Shown: piece after piece, positions 11,967 to 25,700 of the stretch | How the letters are laid out: each line of letters starts with the position of its first letter | How positions within the stretch are numbered: position 1 is the stretch's first letter | DNA from: Lepidodermella squamata | Lineage: Eukaryota > Animalia > Gastrotricha | Length of the DNA: 64,000 bases | Assembly: GCA_047495785.1 (NCBI GenBank) | Contig: JBLDXI010000003.1 | Coordinates: 2,542,001 to 2,606,000, forward strand | Direction: 5' to 3' | Notes under the pieces: generated by a model | The model's input: the letters and a program-made list of their open reading frames with translations, nothing else | Database searches by the model: none | What the model was told of the DNA's origin: nothing | Made by a program: the position numbers and the translations under genes

Positions 11967-12187
11967 TTCAAAAGACTGACAAATGTGAACTGAATTATGG
12001 GTGCAAAGTGCGTTTTATTAGTTGCTCAGTCCATTCGTTCAATGCAGATTATTTTCATCACACAGGGCATTAAACAGATAAACGCAATAATTATTTTGTT
12101 TTAAGCATGTCGAACTGACGTATGCAAAGTATGCAAGAATTATATGTGTTAATTAGAAAAACGAGATAGGTATCCAGGGTGCACTCG

Positions 12188-15100
12188 TTACGTCCTGATG
12201 ACGCTGTTGAATTCCTCGATAAGCCAAGCTCGGCACTCGCGTTTTTCGTCATCATCCTCCATCTCATCAAGTTCGTACCAGAGTGCCAGTTGCCAGTCCT
12301 CCATCTCGCCGGGCGACATGCCGATGTCTTCGATTACTACATCTTCTTCGTCAGCTCCGTCAGCACGGATTTCACGGTACCTTTCTACTACCTGAGCCCA
12401 GCTCACCACGTCTATCAGCTGGGCATGCTGGCGACCCCTGCGATAGTACGACACGCCGCGTAAGTCATCCTCGGGTCTTCCTGTGAGAACGGCATTTTCG
12501 TCGCTGCTATTGCCTCCGATTCCGAAAAGCCGTTCGAAAAACGCTTTGAAGCGGCCTTTAAGCTTAAATTCATGCTGAGCTGCTGCTGCTGGAGTCATTA
12601 CAGCGAGTCTTTCCACCGCTGCGTTTTCTCCAGCGTCAAAAACTCCAGCAGCGTCTTCAATCAACATCAGGTTATAGGCTGCTTCACTCATAGATATACA
12701 CATTCCTTTCTTGAATTGAACAAGAGCCTTGACGTACATAAACGGCTGTTGAAGAGAAAGAATTAGATTAGGAGAAATTAGGTCAAACAACGAACTTTGA
12801 CGAAGAGATTAAGGGGAGAAGGAGTTGGTGCGGTCTTTATCATTCCACGAATAAGCTTCGCTCGACCGAACTTCCATTCAATGTCACTTTGCCGATGCAT
12901 TCGTTCGTAGACATCGGCTGAAACTGCAATCATGAGGGTTAGGATGATAAGCACCATAATTATATGGAAAATGGCATATTGTATGCGTAGCATAGCTGTG
13001 GTAATATCTGCTGAGTTTCGAACCGATGGTACATCATTGTAGTCACCCAAGTTGAATACGCTGTACCATAGAAGTTGAAAGTTCGTCGTCAAAGTTGACA
13101 AAAATTCGTAATTAGCCCGGCATCCCTTGTCCTTCATGCAGAAATGAGTAAATAAAATTATTAGCTAGCCGTTTCTAATTTTTCCTCACCGAATTTGTCG
13201 GTGGCGAACATCCATACGGAACTTGCGTGTTACATATGCATGAATTAGTCAACTCGGGCAAAGCATCTGAGAAAATAAAAATAAAATAATTCTTTGTTCC
13301 CTCTAATAATTCGCTTGAGACCAGGGCAAAGTGGAGCGTAAACAGTGCTCAACTGAAGCCAAAACCCAACAAAAAATATCATGAGCATGATGAGGAGCAT
13401 TAGGATTTCCTCAATCATGTATTTCATGATTATAGTCATCGGACCGAAGCGATGATCCAAAGCTGTGAAATCCAAGCACTGCAACGTAAATCAAAGAATC
13501 AATATATTTGCTGTTAATTTCAGAATATAGTTACCATTTGGATTGAAAGGAGAACAGGTACAGACAAAACTTGATTCCGAATGTACATCATCATGTCTCC
13601 AGTTGGAGATTTAACGCTAAAGAAAAGGTTGATCGTTAGAATAAATATTCTGCAATTGGCTTACTCGTTGATACAGATAACAATTAGTTGTATGAACATG
13701 GCAACTGCACTGAGTCCCAGGGTAACTGATTTCACTATCCGCATCTCGCGATAGCCACTTGGATTTGTGAGCTCTGACGTTAAATTCCCGCCCAGCATTA
13801 AGAGTAGAATAACTTCGTTCCAAGTCGGTAGAAAATTTTCCCGCGTGTGGTTAGGGTAAATTGGAGAAACGGCAGTGATGAACAAAACAGCAATGAACAT
13901 GATGTGGGAAACGACGTAGCCTGGAACGTTTCCAACTGGTTCAAAAGTGAAATTCTGAATTTGAAGAAATTACCCATGAATCTGATGACTGGAATTCTGT
14001 GGTACTTGTGGGGCAAAGGTAGAACAAAGAAGGCGAGGATAGGAGGGCACAACAAAAAAGTGAAAAACAGGCAGACGAGCTGGAAGTTGGACCAGCCTAA
14101 ATTGCCGTCCCACCAAACGTCGGTGAGATAGCGCTGTACGGAAGGTTTCGCAATAACGGTTTTCAGGCCATCGTCCAGCATCACTGTCGGAAAAAGTATA
14201 CCTTCCGATGTACCTTGAATTTGAATCTTACCATCAATAACTTGTTGACCCTTGGCATCAATAGCCTGCAAGACAGCTGGGGCCGAAGATTGGCTAATGG
14301 CTATGTCAACCAATATCGAACACATTTTCTCGCAAAACCGACTGGCAACGAGAAGCTCTTTCGTATGTTGCTTATGGGTAACCGAAAGCTGCCTAAATCT
14401 TCGGTTAAGAGTGGCAGCCGTACTAAGAGGTGACGGCGAAACGAGGGTGAACTCTTCAATCGCTTGCTGCTTATTAACGCGGCCGCAACTCATCAGATCA
14501 AAAATGAATTCATCGTCTTGAAGCAACGCTTCGGCGTCGAATTTATGCTTCAGGAGAAAATAGAAAACTTCTGTGTGGCCAGAAGCTGCTGCGAGACTTA
14601 AGGGAGTCTTTCCGCTGATGCTTGAATGAGCTGTCGAAGCCCCAAGCTCGATAAGAAGGGCTGACACCTCAAGTTTTCCATGCTTCGTAGCAAAGAGTAA
14701 AGGAGACCATCCCATCTAAATTGGAACCTATTAGTATTCATTCAATTATGGACAATGTTTTTCAGTTACATAATCGACAGCGTTAACTTGTGCGCCTTGA
14801 CCGACGAAGCTTGCAACCATTTCCAAGTGCCCATATTGAGCCGCGAGCATCAATGGGGTCATGCCTGTGTTGTCAGATTCGTTCAGCAGATGAGGAGACT
14901 TCGCTAAGATCAAACTGCTGATTGTCATGTGGCCGTTGATAGCAGCCAAATGCACGGCAGTCATTCCTGTTTCCTTACTTCTAGCTTCAACGTTTACCCC
15001 ATGACTGTTCAGAAGTAGCCGCAGGGCAGCATCTTGCCCGGAAAAGGCCGCGAAGTCCAAGGCTGTGAAACCATACTGCAAAGCGAGTCACCTTAAAATG

Positions 15101-18100
15101 TTCCATTTCAAGTACAAATGCTCACATCGATGGACAACAGCTTCTGCAGTTGAACATCGCCGACTTTTGATGCGGGAATTCTGAGACGTTTTGAACAAAT
15201 GTCAGCTGGAATATTGAAAAGGAGTTCCCGAAGCGCGTCCCCCTTGCCGTAGAAGGCTTCAGGGTAACATTGAGAGCTAAAATTAATTTCCATATTTTCT
15301 TCAATTCTCATTACCTGCAACATGGATCGGGGACATCCCATTCTGTAACTTCAAAGTGAGAATTGGTTGCAGTCATTAAGCTATTTTACATTTTTGCTGA
15401 TTATATTGCATTCGATGCCCCGCGATCGTATCATAGCCAAAACTTCAGCATGACCATTCATTGCAGCGGAGTGAATGGTAGTCATACCTGCAGCGTTTTC
15501 CTCATACTGAGACGCACCTGCATCAATCAAAAAAGCGACGACTTCCACATTTCCCTTGAGAGCCGCCATATGAATAGACAATGACTCAGAATCCTGTTTA
15601 CAAAACAAATGGAAGTCAACAAATGATTTCACAAACGCGACTAACCCTGCTTCTGGTTGCGATAGCAACGCCTCTATTGAATCGCATCAATTCGCGAATG
15701 ACGGCAATAGAGCCGGAAGCAGCTGCCAAATGGGAGCACAGCATGCCATCCTGAATAATAATAGCAAGAGGATTTGCACAAGTCAACTCGAAAAAGTCCA
15801 ACTTGAGTGGTCGATATGAAGGCTAATTCGGGAAAACTGATCAGAAAAAACTTGACGACTTCTGAATGATTGTTTTTGGCTGCCAAATGAATAGGAAGCC
15901 CAACGACCTGATATTTTATAAAGAAGTGAAAAAACTCCGGCTAAACAAAGGCTGGGACGTACATCATCACGAGCTCGAACATTCGCCCTCAGACGCACTA
16001 AAGCCTGAACTACTTTCAGGTGGCCATTTTCAGCCGCCAGATGAAGGGGCGTTTTCTTAGCCTGGTATTCAAAATCAATAATATATCTCGCATGAAAAAC
16101 CTACGGTTGCCAAATTACCAAAGAAAATGCATCGACTGTAGCCCCGTATGCACGGATGAGGGTTTGGACCAAGTTTGAGTGTCCGTTTTCCGCTGCCTAT
16201 ACAAAAAAAGATGAAACTAACATAAAATTGTTTTAGGAAACAAATACCAGGTGTAGAGGTGTGATTCCCAATTTCGACTTCGCGTTCACGAAAGCTTTTC
16301 GTGACAATAGTAGCTCGCAACATTTCGTGTAGCCCTTCTCAGCGGCTAAATGTAAAGCACCGAGACCATGCTAAATAAACCAGAGAAGTTTGATGCAAGT
16401 TTCGTGAAACCAGGTCTACTAATCACCTCGTCAAATACATCAGCTCGCACTTCGTGGTCCAGCAGCAGCTTGACAACATCCTCGTGGCCATGGTAAGCGG
16501 CTGTCAACAAAGGCGACCATCCATTCTAGAATTTCCCGGATATCTAAAACCTTTGGCTTGCCACGCTAAATAGATCATTACCTTAGATTGACGATTCGCT
16601 ATTGAATGATACTCCGACGCAACGAATTTTCCAATTTCTGACAGAGTCTCGGCAGCATTGCATCGAGCGGCGTAATGTAACGGAAGTTCAGACGTCTGTC
16701 GTCAAATAATTGAGCCATGTCAAGTTCGCAGTCCCAAAACATCATCTCTTACCCATTTCGTTGAGGCAAGCAGGTCAGCGCCAAATTCCAGCAATAATTG
16801 CGCTAACAATGCTCCCTCTGTAAATCGAACTTCGCAAGCCATGTGAAGAGCTGTCTCGCCCTCTGAAGTCACCATGTTGACCAGAATCTCTGAGGCAGTC
16901 CGATCGCGCGAACTTCTCAATAAAGCCTTCGCAGCATCGTAATGTCGGTGGCGAACCGCGAGGTGAAGCGCTGATTCTTCGCGATTCGATAGCTGCGTAA
17001 CATTGGCTCCCTCGGATAAGAACAGCATTACCATGTCCAAATACCCGTGGCGGCAGGCAACATGAAGAGGCGTTTCGCCAGTTTCCGTATTCGTCGCATT
17101 CACGTCAGCGCCTGATAACAGTAGCATTTTCGCGCATTCATATCCGTGACTATGCCGACTTGCCGAATGAAGCGGTGTTTCCTTACGAGGGCCACCTTTT
17201 ACATTTGTACTAGCGCCGAACCCTATTAGTAGCTCAAGGAACTCAGGTTTGTTGTGAAGAACAGCTAGATGAAGCGCCGTATAACCTTCTTTCGTCTTAG
17301 CGCCAATTGGTGCTCCATGGTTAAGGAGGATTCGAGCAACATTTATGTGACCATTTTCAGCCTGTGAATTATTTGCTTAAAATCAACGTTTTGGTAATTC
17401 TGAAATCTTACAGCAATATGAAGCGGGGTTTTCTTGTCTTTATTCGCCATATGTAATGGAGCATCCCGCTTGATCTTAAATGCAAATAAATTCAATAATT
17501 TGTCACTTCGGAAACAACTCAATTCATACCAAAGCTAGGGCTGTCTTTTCGTTGCCCAGAAATGCAGACATGTGCATTAGAGTCGAGCCGTCTTTCGTCC
17601 TCATAAGGCTATCAGCGTCAATTTTGTCTATCATGTAAGTCATGAGAGAAGTTTCGCCAACTTTCGCCGCCAAATGGCAAGGTGTAGCGTCATGCTTGTC
17701 CTGTAAATTGGCGCTGGCACGGCCAACTTGGTGCAAAACTTTCATCAGAACGAAATCGCGAGTATCGGCCGCTATGTGCATCGGCGTTTTACCCTCGACG
17801 TTGACTACGTCAGCATTCATCTTGCCGTGAACAAGTAACGCTTTTGCTGTGTCGATGTCGTGTTTCAATGCGCACAGGTGAAGCAAAGAGTTGCCTGTGT
17901 TTGGCTCTTTCCAGGAAACTTGCTCGGATCGGAATTGCTCGAGTAGCAGTCGAATGAGTGGAATATTCGAGCTTTTAACCGCATAAACTATGGGCAAATT
18001 TCCATGCTGTATGAAGGTCAATTTGAAATTAGAGCGAGAGAAGTTCTCGGGAATTTACGTTATCCAATTCCAGACGAAATTTCGTTGGCATGCATTTCAG

Positions 18101-18675
18101 CAAAACTGTCGTGATGCCCATTGATCCCCCACTTCTTTGGCAAGAATAGTGTAGTGGCAGGCTGCGCGATCGCTAAAAATTAAAGACCAGTGAAAAAGTG
18201 GAATTGAATAAGCATGTTATTACCATGCTTCGGGCTAAAGGATTAGCGCCCCTCGAAAGAAGCATTTGCACTATGTCGACATGTGATTGCCGTGCCGCGT
18301 AATGAAGAGCTGTCATGCCTTCACTCGATAACTCTTCAATGTTTTGACAATATTTTGACAAAATATCGGTTAAATGGCGCTGGTTCCCTCGAACTGTTAT
18401 CATGAGTAGCGTCAAACCGGAAGCCTGATTTTCAAATATCTTGTAAATTTGCCAAAATGATAAGAATAAAATTCTGCTACCTGATCTCGTAGGCCAGAAA
18501 AATCAGCAAATTTTTGATGGCGATATTGCGCTATCAAAAGATCAACTTTGTGCCAATGCTTTCGAACGGCGTGCCATAATATCTTTTCGGTGTTGGAAAG
18601 CTGCTGAAATGAAACGCGATATTCATCGCTAGCAGTCTTTCGCAAATCGGGTAAGCTTCCGAGAAGTTTGGGCAT
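12188..18675 (-). CDS. nompC: TRPN/NOMPC-like mechanosensitive TRP channel (long ankyrin array + 6TM), many short introns
   Basis: More than 20 ankyrin repeats (TPLH/TALH motifs), VQRYLTDVW, channel region LILTLMIAVSADVYE, TRP box WKFGRAKLIRGM, PSPLNL, and C-terminal DVVSWAQVVERY. Confidence 0.88.
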
Positions 18676-18818
18676 TTTGCTATTTGCTCAACTTCAAATT
18701 CGCGCTTAAATACTGTGATCAAACTCAGACGTGTCAAATAAAAGAAATCCCTCGAGAAATGCGGCTTAAATAACACTTTCAGTATCAGGTAAACAAAAGC
18801 TTTTATTCGGCACAATTT

Positions 18819-20057
18819 TCAAAGCTGATTGGCATTCGCTCTAGACAGCGTATAAGCACTGTCATCAATCAATCTGCTGAGCTCCAACACAAATGCATCA
18901 TTTTGAGCAAAGGAATCAAATAAAGGCGTTGTCTTCTTTTGTTGCACAAAGTCGTATTCTGCTAGAGCAGGAAAGCGATTCAGCACCAACGCATATATGT
19001 CACAAATTTTCTTGAAATGATCATTCGTCAGCATAAACGGCGTGAAATTTTGATTAACGGATAGATTTGCTGAAAATCGATCCGCAACATCGGTGAGCTG
19101 AGGAGGGAAAAGGCACCTGATTCCGTATGAGAAAGATTTCTGTCGGTGGTGAAAGACCGTTCTGCAAACTCGCTCAACCAGTTCGAAGGGATGTTCAATC
19201 GTTGGCCTTACTAGAGGCCGAAATTGCACCAGAGCCGCATCGACTTTTGGTTCGGGAACAAAACAACCACCTAACAATTCATTATGTTGGCGATGGTATT
19301 TAAATATATTAATAGCTTACTAGGGATGTTGTATCGGAGGCGGACGTCGGTTAAATGTTGGCACATGACCGATAAACGGCACCGATGCTCATCATTAGGC
19401 TGAGCTAGCATGCGCTGAGCGACCTCTAACTGGAATGTCAGAGTCATCGGTACTCGGCCGTATCTAAAAATCCCATCTCGCCTCGAAATCGCCTTCAGCC
19501 AGCGGACAACCAGTGCGGTTGAAATGTTGAAGGGGAGATTGCCTATGTGAAGGAATTTCAAATTTGTTGCACAAGTGACAATCAGCGATTTTTGCGGATC
19601 TCACCGACGATATGCACTTTTGGCAGCTCAGTCGAGTCCCATGAAGTCACTGCGTCTTCCGGAAAAAGGTGAGTCATATCGAAATCAAGAACATCGCCGA
19701 CAAATATCGACATGTGATCCTTGCAGCTATCCGCTAACAACTAGTATCTTTGCAATTATCATTATGATGAAACTATTTCAACCTTGAATGTAGGCTTACC
19801 TGCAGAGATGGAATAAAGCGCCGATCTTTCTCGACAACATACAAGTGCTTCACTTCATTCTCAAGAATCGCGCGTGAAAGCGGGCCGGGGCCAGGCCCTA
19901 TCTCACAAACATAGTGGTCTTTGAGTTTTCCACATTTGCCGACCATTTTTCGCGCAACATTCATATCAAGGATGAAGTTTTGACCGAGCTGCTTCAACGC
20001 GCGAATTTTGTAGAGGTCCAAGATCTCTCTCGCAGTTGGGAGTGGAGGTAAACGCAT
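18819..20057 (-). CDS. TFB1M: Mitochondrial dimethyladenosine transferase / transcription factor B1
   Basis: RLPPLPT..ILDLYKIRALKQLGQNF, VCEIGPGPG, VEKDRRF, GNLPFNIST, LTFQLEVA, RCRLSVM, FVPEPKVD. Three short introns; a short upstream coding exon near 20140-20180 is possible. Confidence 0.92.
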
Positions 20058-20549
20058 TTCTTCAATATAATCTCGGCAACACTAAGAAATAATGCATTGC
20101 ACATATTGAATGGTTAAAAATGTCATACAAAAAAGCACCTACATGAAGTACGAAGTCTTCATGTCTGATGAGTCCCATCATAAGCAGAGCAAGGTTAATA
20201 ACTATTTTCCACAGCAAGGCTGCAATAGCACTAGGCTGAATTCATCATTGATTTTGGAAGCTTTATTTTCTCTCATTCACAGCCAGCCTGTTTTTCAAGG
20301 GATGATGTAAGCTATATTATCTGAGCTAAAATCCGAGTTGAGATGGTATTCAGATGATTGTGAACAGTTATTTAATAGCAGAAAAACAGTTCTCCGTTCA
20401 GCTACCTAAGAAGACACGGACGATACTAAAATAGATTAAGCGAGAATCTAATTAAGGCATGAGGATTTTGCCGTCTTCGATACGGAGGCACCAATTCGAG
20501 GGATTCAAAGAGCCAGAAAAGGCTTAACAGTCATCAGAGCCAGCGAGAC

Positions 20550-21100
20550 CGACCATTGGAAACCACGTGACGCGTCTCCAATAGTCACGTGACATTTCTG
20601 TAAATAAAACGTCAAATAAATTTAAAACTTTATTCAGCTAACACCGCATGAGTGCAGAATTTATTGTGAAAAGCTAAAAATAGGCAAATTCTTTTCGATT
20701 TTCTTTTTTTCACGACAGTTCAGCAAAAGCCGGCATACTCCTTTGTTCTTTTCGTCGGCTGCCTTCGGTTTTGCTCACTAAACACGAAACGCCGGACCTC
20801 TCCGCTTAGCGAGCCTCGAGCAAGCTAGAGTACATGGGACATCAAACTTTTCTCTCGAATTCCCTTCGTTCCGTCCGCGAGGCGTGAGGATTTTGCTGTC
20901 TTCAGCGCGTAACGCGGAGGCAAAAAAGCCGTTGCGGTCGCTGGCGTGATGGCAAAGAATTACTTGAAGCGTAATATCGGTTAAATCAGTAAGCCAATGC
21001 CTAATATTTCGATGCCGATTATACGAAAATGGCGTCGGCGTGTGTATCTCCTATTTCTTTTGTGGGCGGAGGGCGGAGACTTCGGACAAGGGCGGAGTGG
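20550..21100. promoter_or_regulatory. Putative bidirectional promoter for TFB1M and CDK7
   Basis: Lies between divergent genes. CCAAT/ATTGG boxes flank E-boxes CACGTG (20564, and GTCACGTGAC at 20584); YY1-like AAAATGGCG at 21026; three GGGCGGA boxes at 21064-21098. Confidence 0.5.
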
Positions 21101-21559
21101 CCACTGGTCGGTGGGTAGGCCTCGGTCGATATTGCGTTGGCCACCATCTCTGAAGTACATGGCCTCCTATTGAAATAGATATTGCCGGGATACAATCAGA
21201 ATGATGAGATTTTGGGCTGTTTTCATAGCTTGACGAATAAGTATTCTAATTTCTAACTAGGTTTCCCGTTGTTGAAGGATGTTTAAAGCTTGTTTGAAAG
21301 GCTAGGTTTCCCGTATGGTGCGAGATGCCGCTAATTAAGTAGTCAGTAGCTTAAAAATCTTAGCAACTTCTACCTTCATTTCTGAGGATCTCATTTGTCA
21401 CCTTCTACGCAGCTTCTTTTCAGGCTACTATTAGCTTTAACATAAAATCATGAGCAAGTATTTAGTTCGCCCTAGCTATTGGTTATTAACAGGATAATTT
21501 TAAGACCATTGTTGGTTTATATTTCATTCTTAGAAATCTTATACTACGCTCTGATTACC

Positions 21560-22666
21560 ATGGATATTGATATTGCTATGGGAATTTCCCGCAGACGTCC
21601 CAAGCGCTACTTGAAAGATCATTTCATTAACGAAGGTCGCTTCGCTGCCGTTTATAAAGCTAAAGAGGAGAGCTCTGGAAGGATCGTCGCTGTAAAAAAG
21701 ATCCGAGTTGGTACTAGGGAAGAAAGCCGTGACGGGCTGAATAGAACTGCTCTTCGCGAAGTAAAGTTACTGCGAGAACTCGAGCACCCAAATGTCGTGC
21801 GTCTGCTAGATGTGTTCGGCAAGCGTTCGGAGATATGCTTAGTTTTCGAGTACCTGGAGTTTGACTTGGATGCGGTATTAACCGATCCTAGCATTATCAT
21901 CACCCCTGCCATTGTAAAGAATTACATGGTCCAGCTGCTCTGCGGCTTGCGCTTTCTGCACGCTCATTTTATCATTCACCGCGATCTTAAACCGAACAAC
22001 TTGATGATGAATAATGATGGTGTCTTGAAAATCTGCGATTTTGGCTTAGCTCGTCGTTTTGGATCACCTGATCGTCCGTTAACCTCTCAAGTTGTTACCA
22101 GATGGTATCGCGCCCCTGAACTTTTATTTGGCGCAAGCTTTTATGGGGTTGGCGTTGACATGTGGGCTGTAGGATGCATTTTCTCACAGTTGTACACAAA
22201 GGCGCCGCTGTTTCCCGGTGAAAGTGATCTCAGTCAATTGGATTTCATCTTTCAACTCATTGGCGCTCCGAGCACCGACCCTGAGAACGAGTGCTACTGG
22301 CCAGATGCTAATATTCTCCCGGGTTATGTGACTTTCAACTCTCGCCCTGTTCAGGGCCAACCTACGGTTTTCCAAAAGCTTTCCGCGTACCTTCCAGCGG
22401 TATCAAACGACGCAATTGAGCTTCTTGTTCAGTTGTTGCGTCTTGATCCTAACAAGCGACCAACTGCTGCGGAGGCTATTGATCACAAGTATTTCTCTTC
22501 GCCTCCTCAGCCAGCTTCAGCTCGGGCGATGCCTAAACCGCAAATGGCTGCCAATGTCCCGACTGGTATGGACAAAAATGCTTTCTCGTTCGGTAGTGCT
22601 GTCGATAATTCACCTGCTGTTGTCGACGGATTTGAACTGAAAAGAGCTAAACTTCAGAAGAAATAA
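21560..22666 (+). CDS. CDK7: Cyclin-dependent kinase 7 (CAK/TFIIH kinase), intronless CDS
   Basis: NRTALRE helix, HRDLKPNNL, DFGLARRFGSPDRPLTSQVVTRWYRAPELLFGA. Confidence 0.93.
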   Translation: MDIDIAMGISRRRPKRYLKDHFINEGRFAAVYKAKEESSGRIVAVKKIRVGTREESRDGLNRTALREVKLLRELEHPNVVRLLDVFGKRSEICLVFEYLEFDLDAVLTDPSIIITPAIVKNYMVQLLCGLRFLHAHFIIHRDLKPNNLMMNNDGVLKICDFGLARRFGSPDRPLTSQVVTRWYRAPELLFGASFYGVGVDMWAVGCIFSQLYTKAPLFPGESDLSQLDFIFQLIGAPSTDPENECYWPDANILPGYVTFNSRPVQGQPTVFQKLSAYLPAVSNDAIELLVQLLRLDPNKRPTAAEAIDHKYFSSPPQPASARAMPKPQMAANVPTGMDKNAFSFGSAVDNSPAVVDGFELKRAKLQKK

Positions 22667-22776
22667 CTGTTTTAACTATTTTTCGACTTGATCGTCTTAA
22701 ATTTCTGCTCAGTTTTTATTTTCATTTGTGCTTTGTTTAGTATAGGTGAAATGCATGCTTTTATATAAAAAGTTTG

Positions 22777-25700
22777 ATGTCACAACCGGAAAACAACGCT
22801 GATACTCAGGGCGATGAGGTGCCGTCATCATCCTCCCCTGAAAAAAGCGTTCCAGAAACTCCTGATTCTGGGCCAGCCGTCGAATTCCCACCTGCTGTTT
22901 TGAAGCAGTTGGAAGACCAAGTATTATGCAGAAGTCGCTGGGTTGTTCCGGTATTACCCGGCGGAGAGCTGGAAGTTTTAATGCAGGCTGCAATAAAACT
23001 AGCAAAAGAAGGTGAGATTTGAGAACTTGGAAAAATAGATGTATTTAAACTCTGTCGTTTAGGTCGAGACGAGGAAAACGAATACTGCCGCAGATTTTAC
23101 AAAGATGCTATGGCTCAATCATACTATAAAATTCTTGCCGATGAGGCTTCGAGTGGGTGGCGCCATGAGATTCATGTGGCTATTTACAACTCCTGCAAGT
23201 TATTGATGGAGCTAATCGCTCTCAAAATCAACTCAGATGCAATCGGACTGCTGCAATTGCTTCAGTTCGCCCTGAACCCATCGGTTCGCTTTCACGTTCA
23301 CAACGCCTCAGAAAAATCAAACACTTGTCAACAACCTAATGACGTTCTATTATTCGCGAAAGCTTCGTCAGAAGGTCGCCCTCCTAAGGTAGAAAAAATT
23401 GATTATTTCTAGGAATAAATTGCATATTTTTTCATATTTTAGGGCTGGCTTGTTGATTTTATCAACTGGTTTGGAGAATTCGGTGGTTTTGAGCGTCTTC
23501 TGCAGCGTTTCTCGGCAGTTTCAGCCGCAATTTCCGCGGCGAAGCAGCAAAACCGGCCTGATTCTGGCACGTCGGACCGCCAATCGCCTGCCGTTCACTC
23601 GGAAAAAGAAGAAAACGGTCTCAGACCACCGTCTGCTAACCGGCAGCAATCTTCATCGCCAGTCGTCGGTGATTTGCTGAGTATACAACTGATTTCGGCG
23701 CTTTTGAAGCCGTTTTCGAACTGTCACGAATTTTTACTACCATCAACTATTCAGACTTATTTTGTGCCAATCCGCGATCATCTCTTCGAATTTTTCGATT
23801 CGCTATCTGATCAGCAGATTCAGAAATTTTCGTCGACCACCCCGAGAAGTGACGGTCGACTGGGCGAATCGCTCGGATCAGTTTTGCGTTATTTAAGGCT
23901 TCTACTGCTGGAATTGCCTGAATCTGAGCAAATCGTGTCTGGGCTCGAAGATTTACGCCTTCGCTTGATAATGCGGCAACTTCACAGCACGACTTTCAGC
24001 ACTAAAATGGCCGGTTTGGCCGAGCTCAATCGTTTAGCCAGCAGCCAGGAGCAGGACGACTACCCGGCCGTCGAGCGACTGACCGGCTGGTTAAGCGCGG
24101 GTAAACTACTGCCGTTATTGCTCAAAGACTTCCTGCATTTGCCGCAATACATCGACCGCGTGGAAAAACTGCTGCGTTTCATGATTCGCCACAAGGCGAT
24201 CGGAGCCGCTGAACTCGACCTGATTTGGTCGGTTCAAACCGACCAGCACGAGGCTATTGTCAAAAACGTCCACGACTTACTCGCCCGTTTGGCCTGGGAT
24301 TTCTCGGTCGAGCAACTCGACCACTTCTTCGGACTCATCGCTAAAGCGTGGCCTAGTGCGAGTCGCCGGCAACAGGAGCAGTTATTGCTGCTATTAAAAC
24401 GTCTGGCCGAGGAAGATAGGGACGGCCAAACTGCGATGAAAGTGTTAGACTCGTTGTGGACGATGGTTCGAGAGCCGGCTGTTTCAGTATTAGTCCTCGA
24501 ACAAGCCCTGGCGTGTCACGCCGCTGTTTTAGAAGCCTGTCTCATGAGTAAGAGAGACGAGGTTCGTTGGCACTGGCTTGTTCACTTCATCGAAGACATT
24601 CGCCGTGAACCAATTGCATTAGCCCTACCCGAGCTGCGTCAAATTTTGGCGATTATCGAAACGTGGCCACAGTCTAGCGACATGCGGCAGAGGATGAACG
24701 CGTCGATGGCGAATGAAGGCTCGCGGGTTGATGTTATCCACAAGTTACGCGAGCGGTATTCGATTTTCGATTTACTCATCGATAATTTGGGCGAGTATAT
24801 GAAATTCGTCCGCCTAAATTACGGCGCTCAACTCACGCCGGAAACCATGCCGGACAACCGATACGACCACGTTGCTCAAATTAAGGAGCGGCTGAAATTG
24901 ATTCGATTCCTGCTGCAAGAGGGTGATGTTTGGCTGTCTGATATGCATGCGTCTAAGGTTTGGCAGACGCTAGCTGTCGGGTGGGTTCACACTGTTGATC
25001 GTGATATTTGCTTCAAATGGTTCTCGAAACTTGTCGCGAATGGCCCGGATATGGATCCGAGTACGATTGGGCCGTTTTTTGTCAATCAATTCCTGCAACT
25101 TGACCCGACTTTGATGACGGAGAATGGGGTCGCGTGTTTCCGCGCCTTTTTCCACCACGCCAATAAAGAGCAGCCGCAACACCACCCGGCTCAATCCCAA
25201 TCTCACACGGCCGCAAATCGGGAGAATCAGGGCGATGAACCGTTGATTGGTATTGACTATCTCTGGCGAATGGTGTTACAAGCCGACGACCCGGCTGCAG
25301 ATTCAGCCGCAATTCTATTGCGGGAAACTTTGTCGGAAATCGCGTTACCCATCAATGCTACCGATAATTCGGTTGAAATGGTTGCTGAAAATTTTGTCGA
25401 GCGTTTTCGAGTCGCGGCTGATTCAGCTAGGGCCCTAATTGTCGAGGCCGAGACGGACCGGCAGCGACGGGTGGCTGTTTCGCGCCTCCTTCGAGTTTTG
25501 ACCCTGATTCGAGCTGTTATCGCGAATACTGACGCCGCTTTCACTGGCATTCGGCTCAACCACCCGCCGTTATGGCGGCTCTGTATCGGAAAGCAAATCA
25601 GGCTACGGCTGAGATTTTCATCCGGACCGACCGCTTCGACCTCAACAACGGATGAAGTGACGTATGACACAAATTCTCACGAACAAGTAGCCGCGTTGAG

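Noticed and set aside
20160-20185. CTGATGAGTCC resembling a hammerhead ribozyme core
   Set aside because: No matching GGAC-GAAA or closing stems nearby.
21257-21314. 13-bp direct repeat ctaggtttcccgt
   Set aside because: Only two copies with no element between them; probably a small local duplication.
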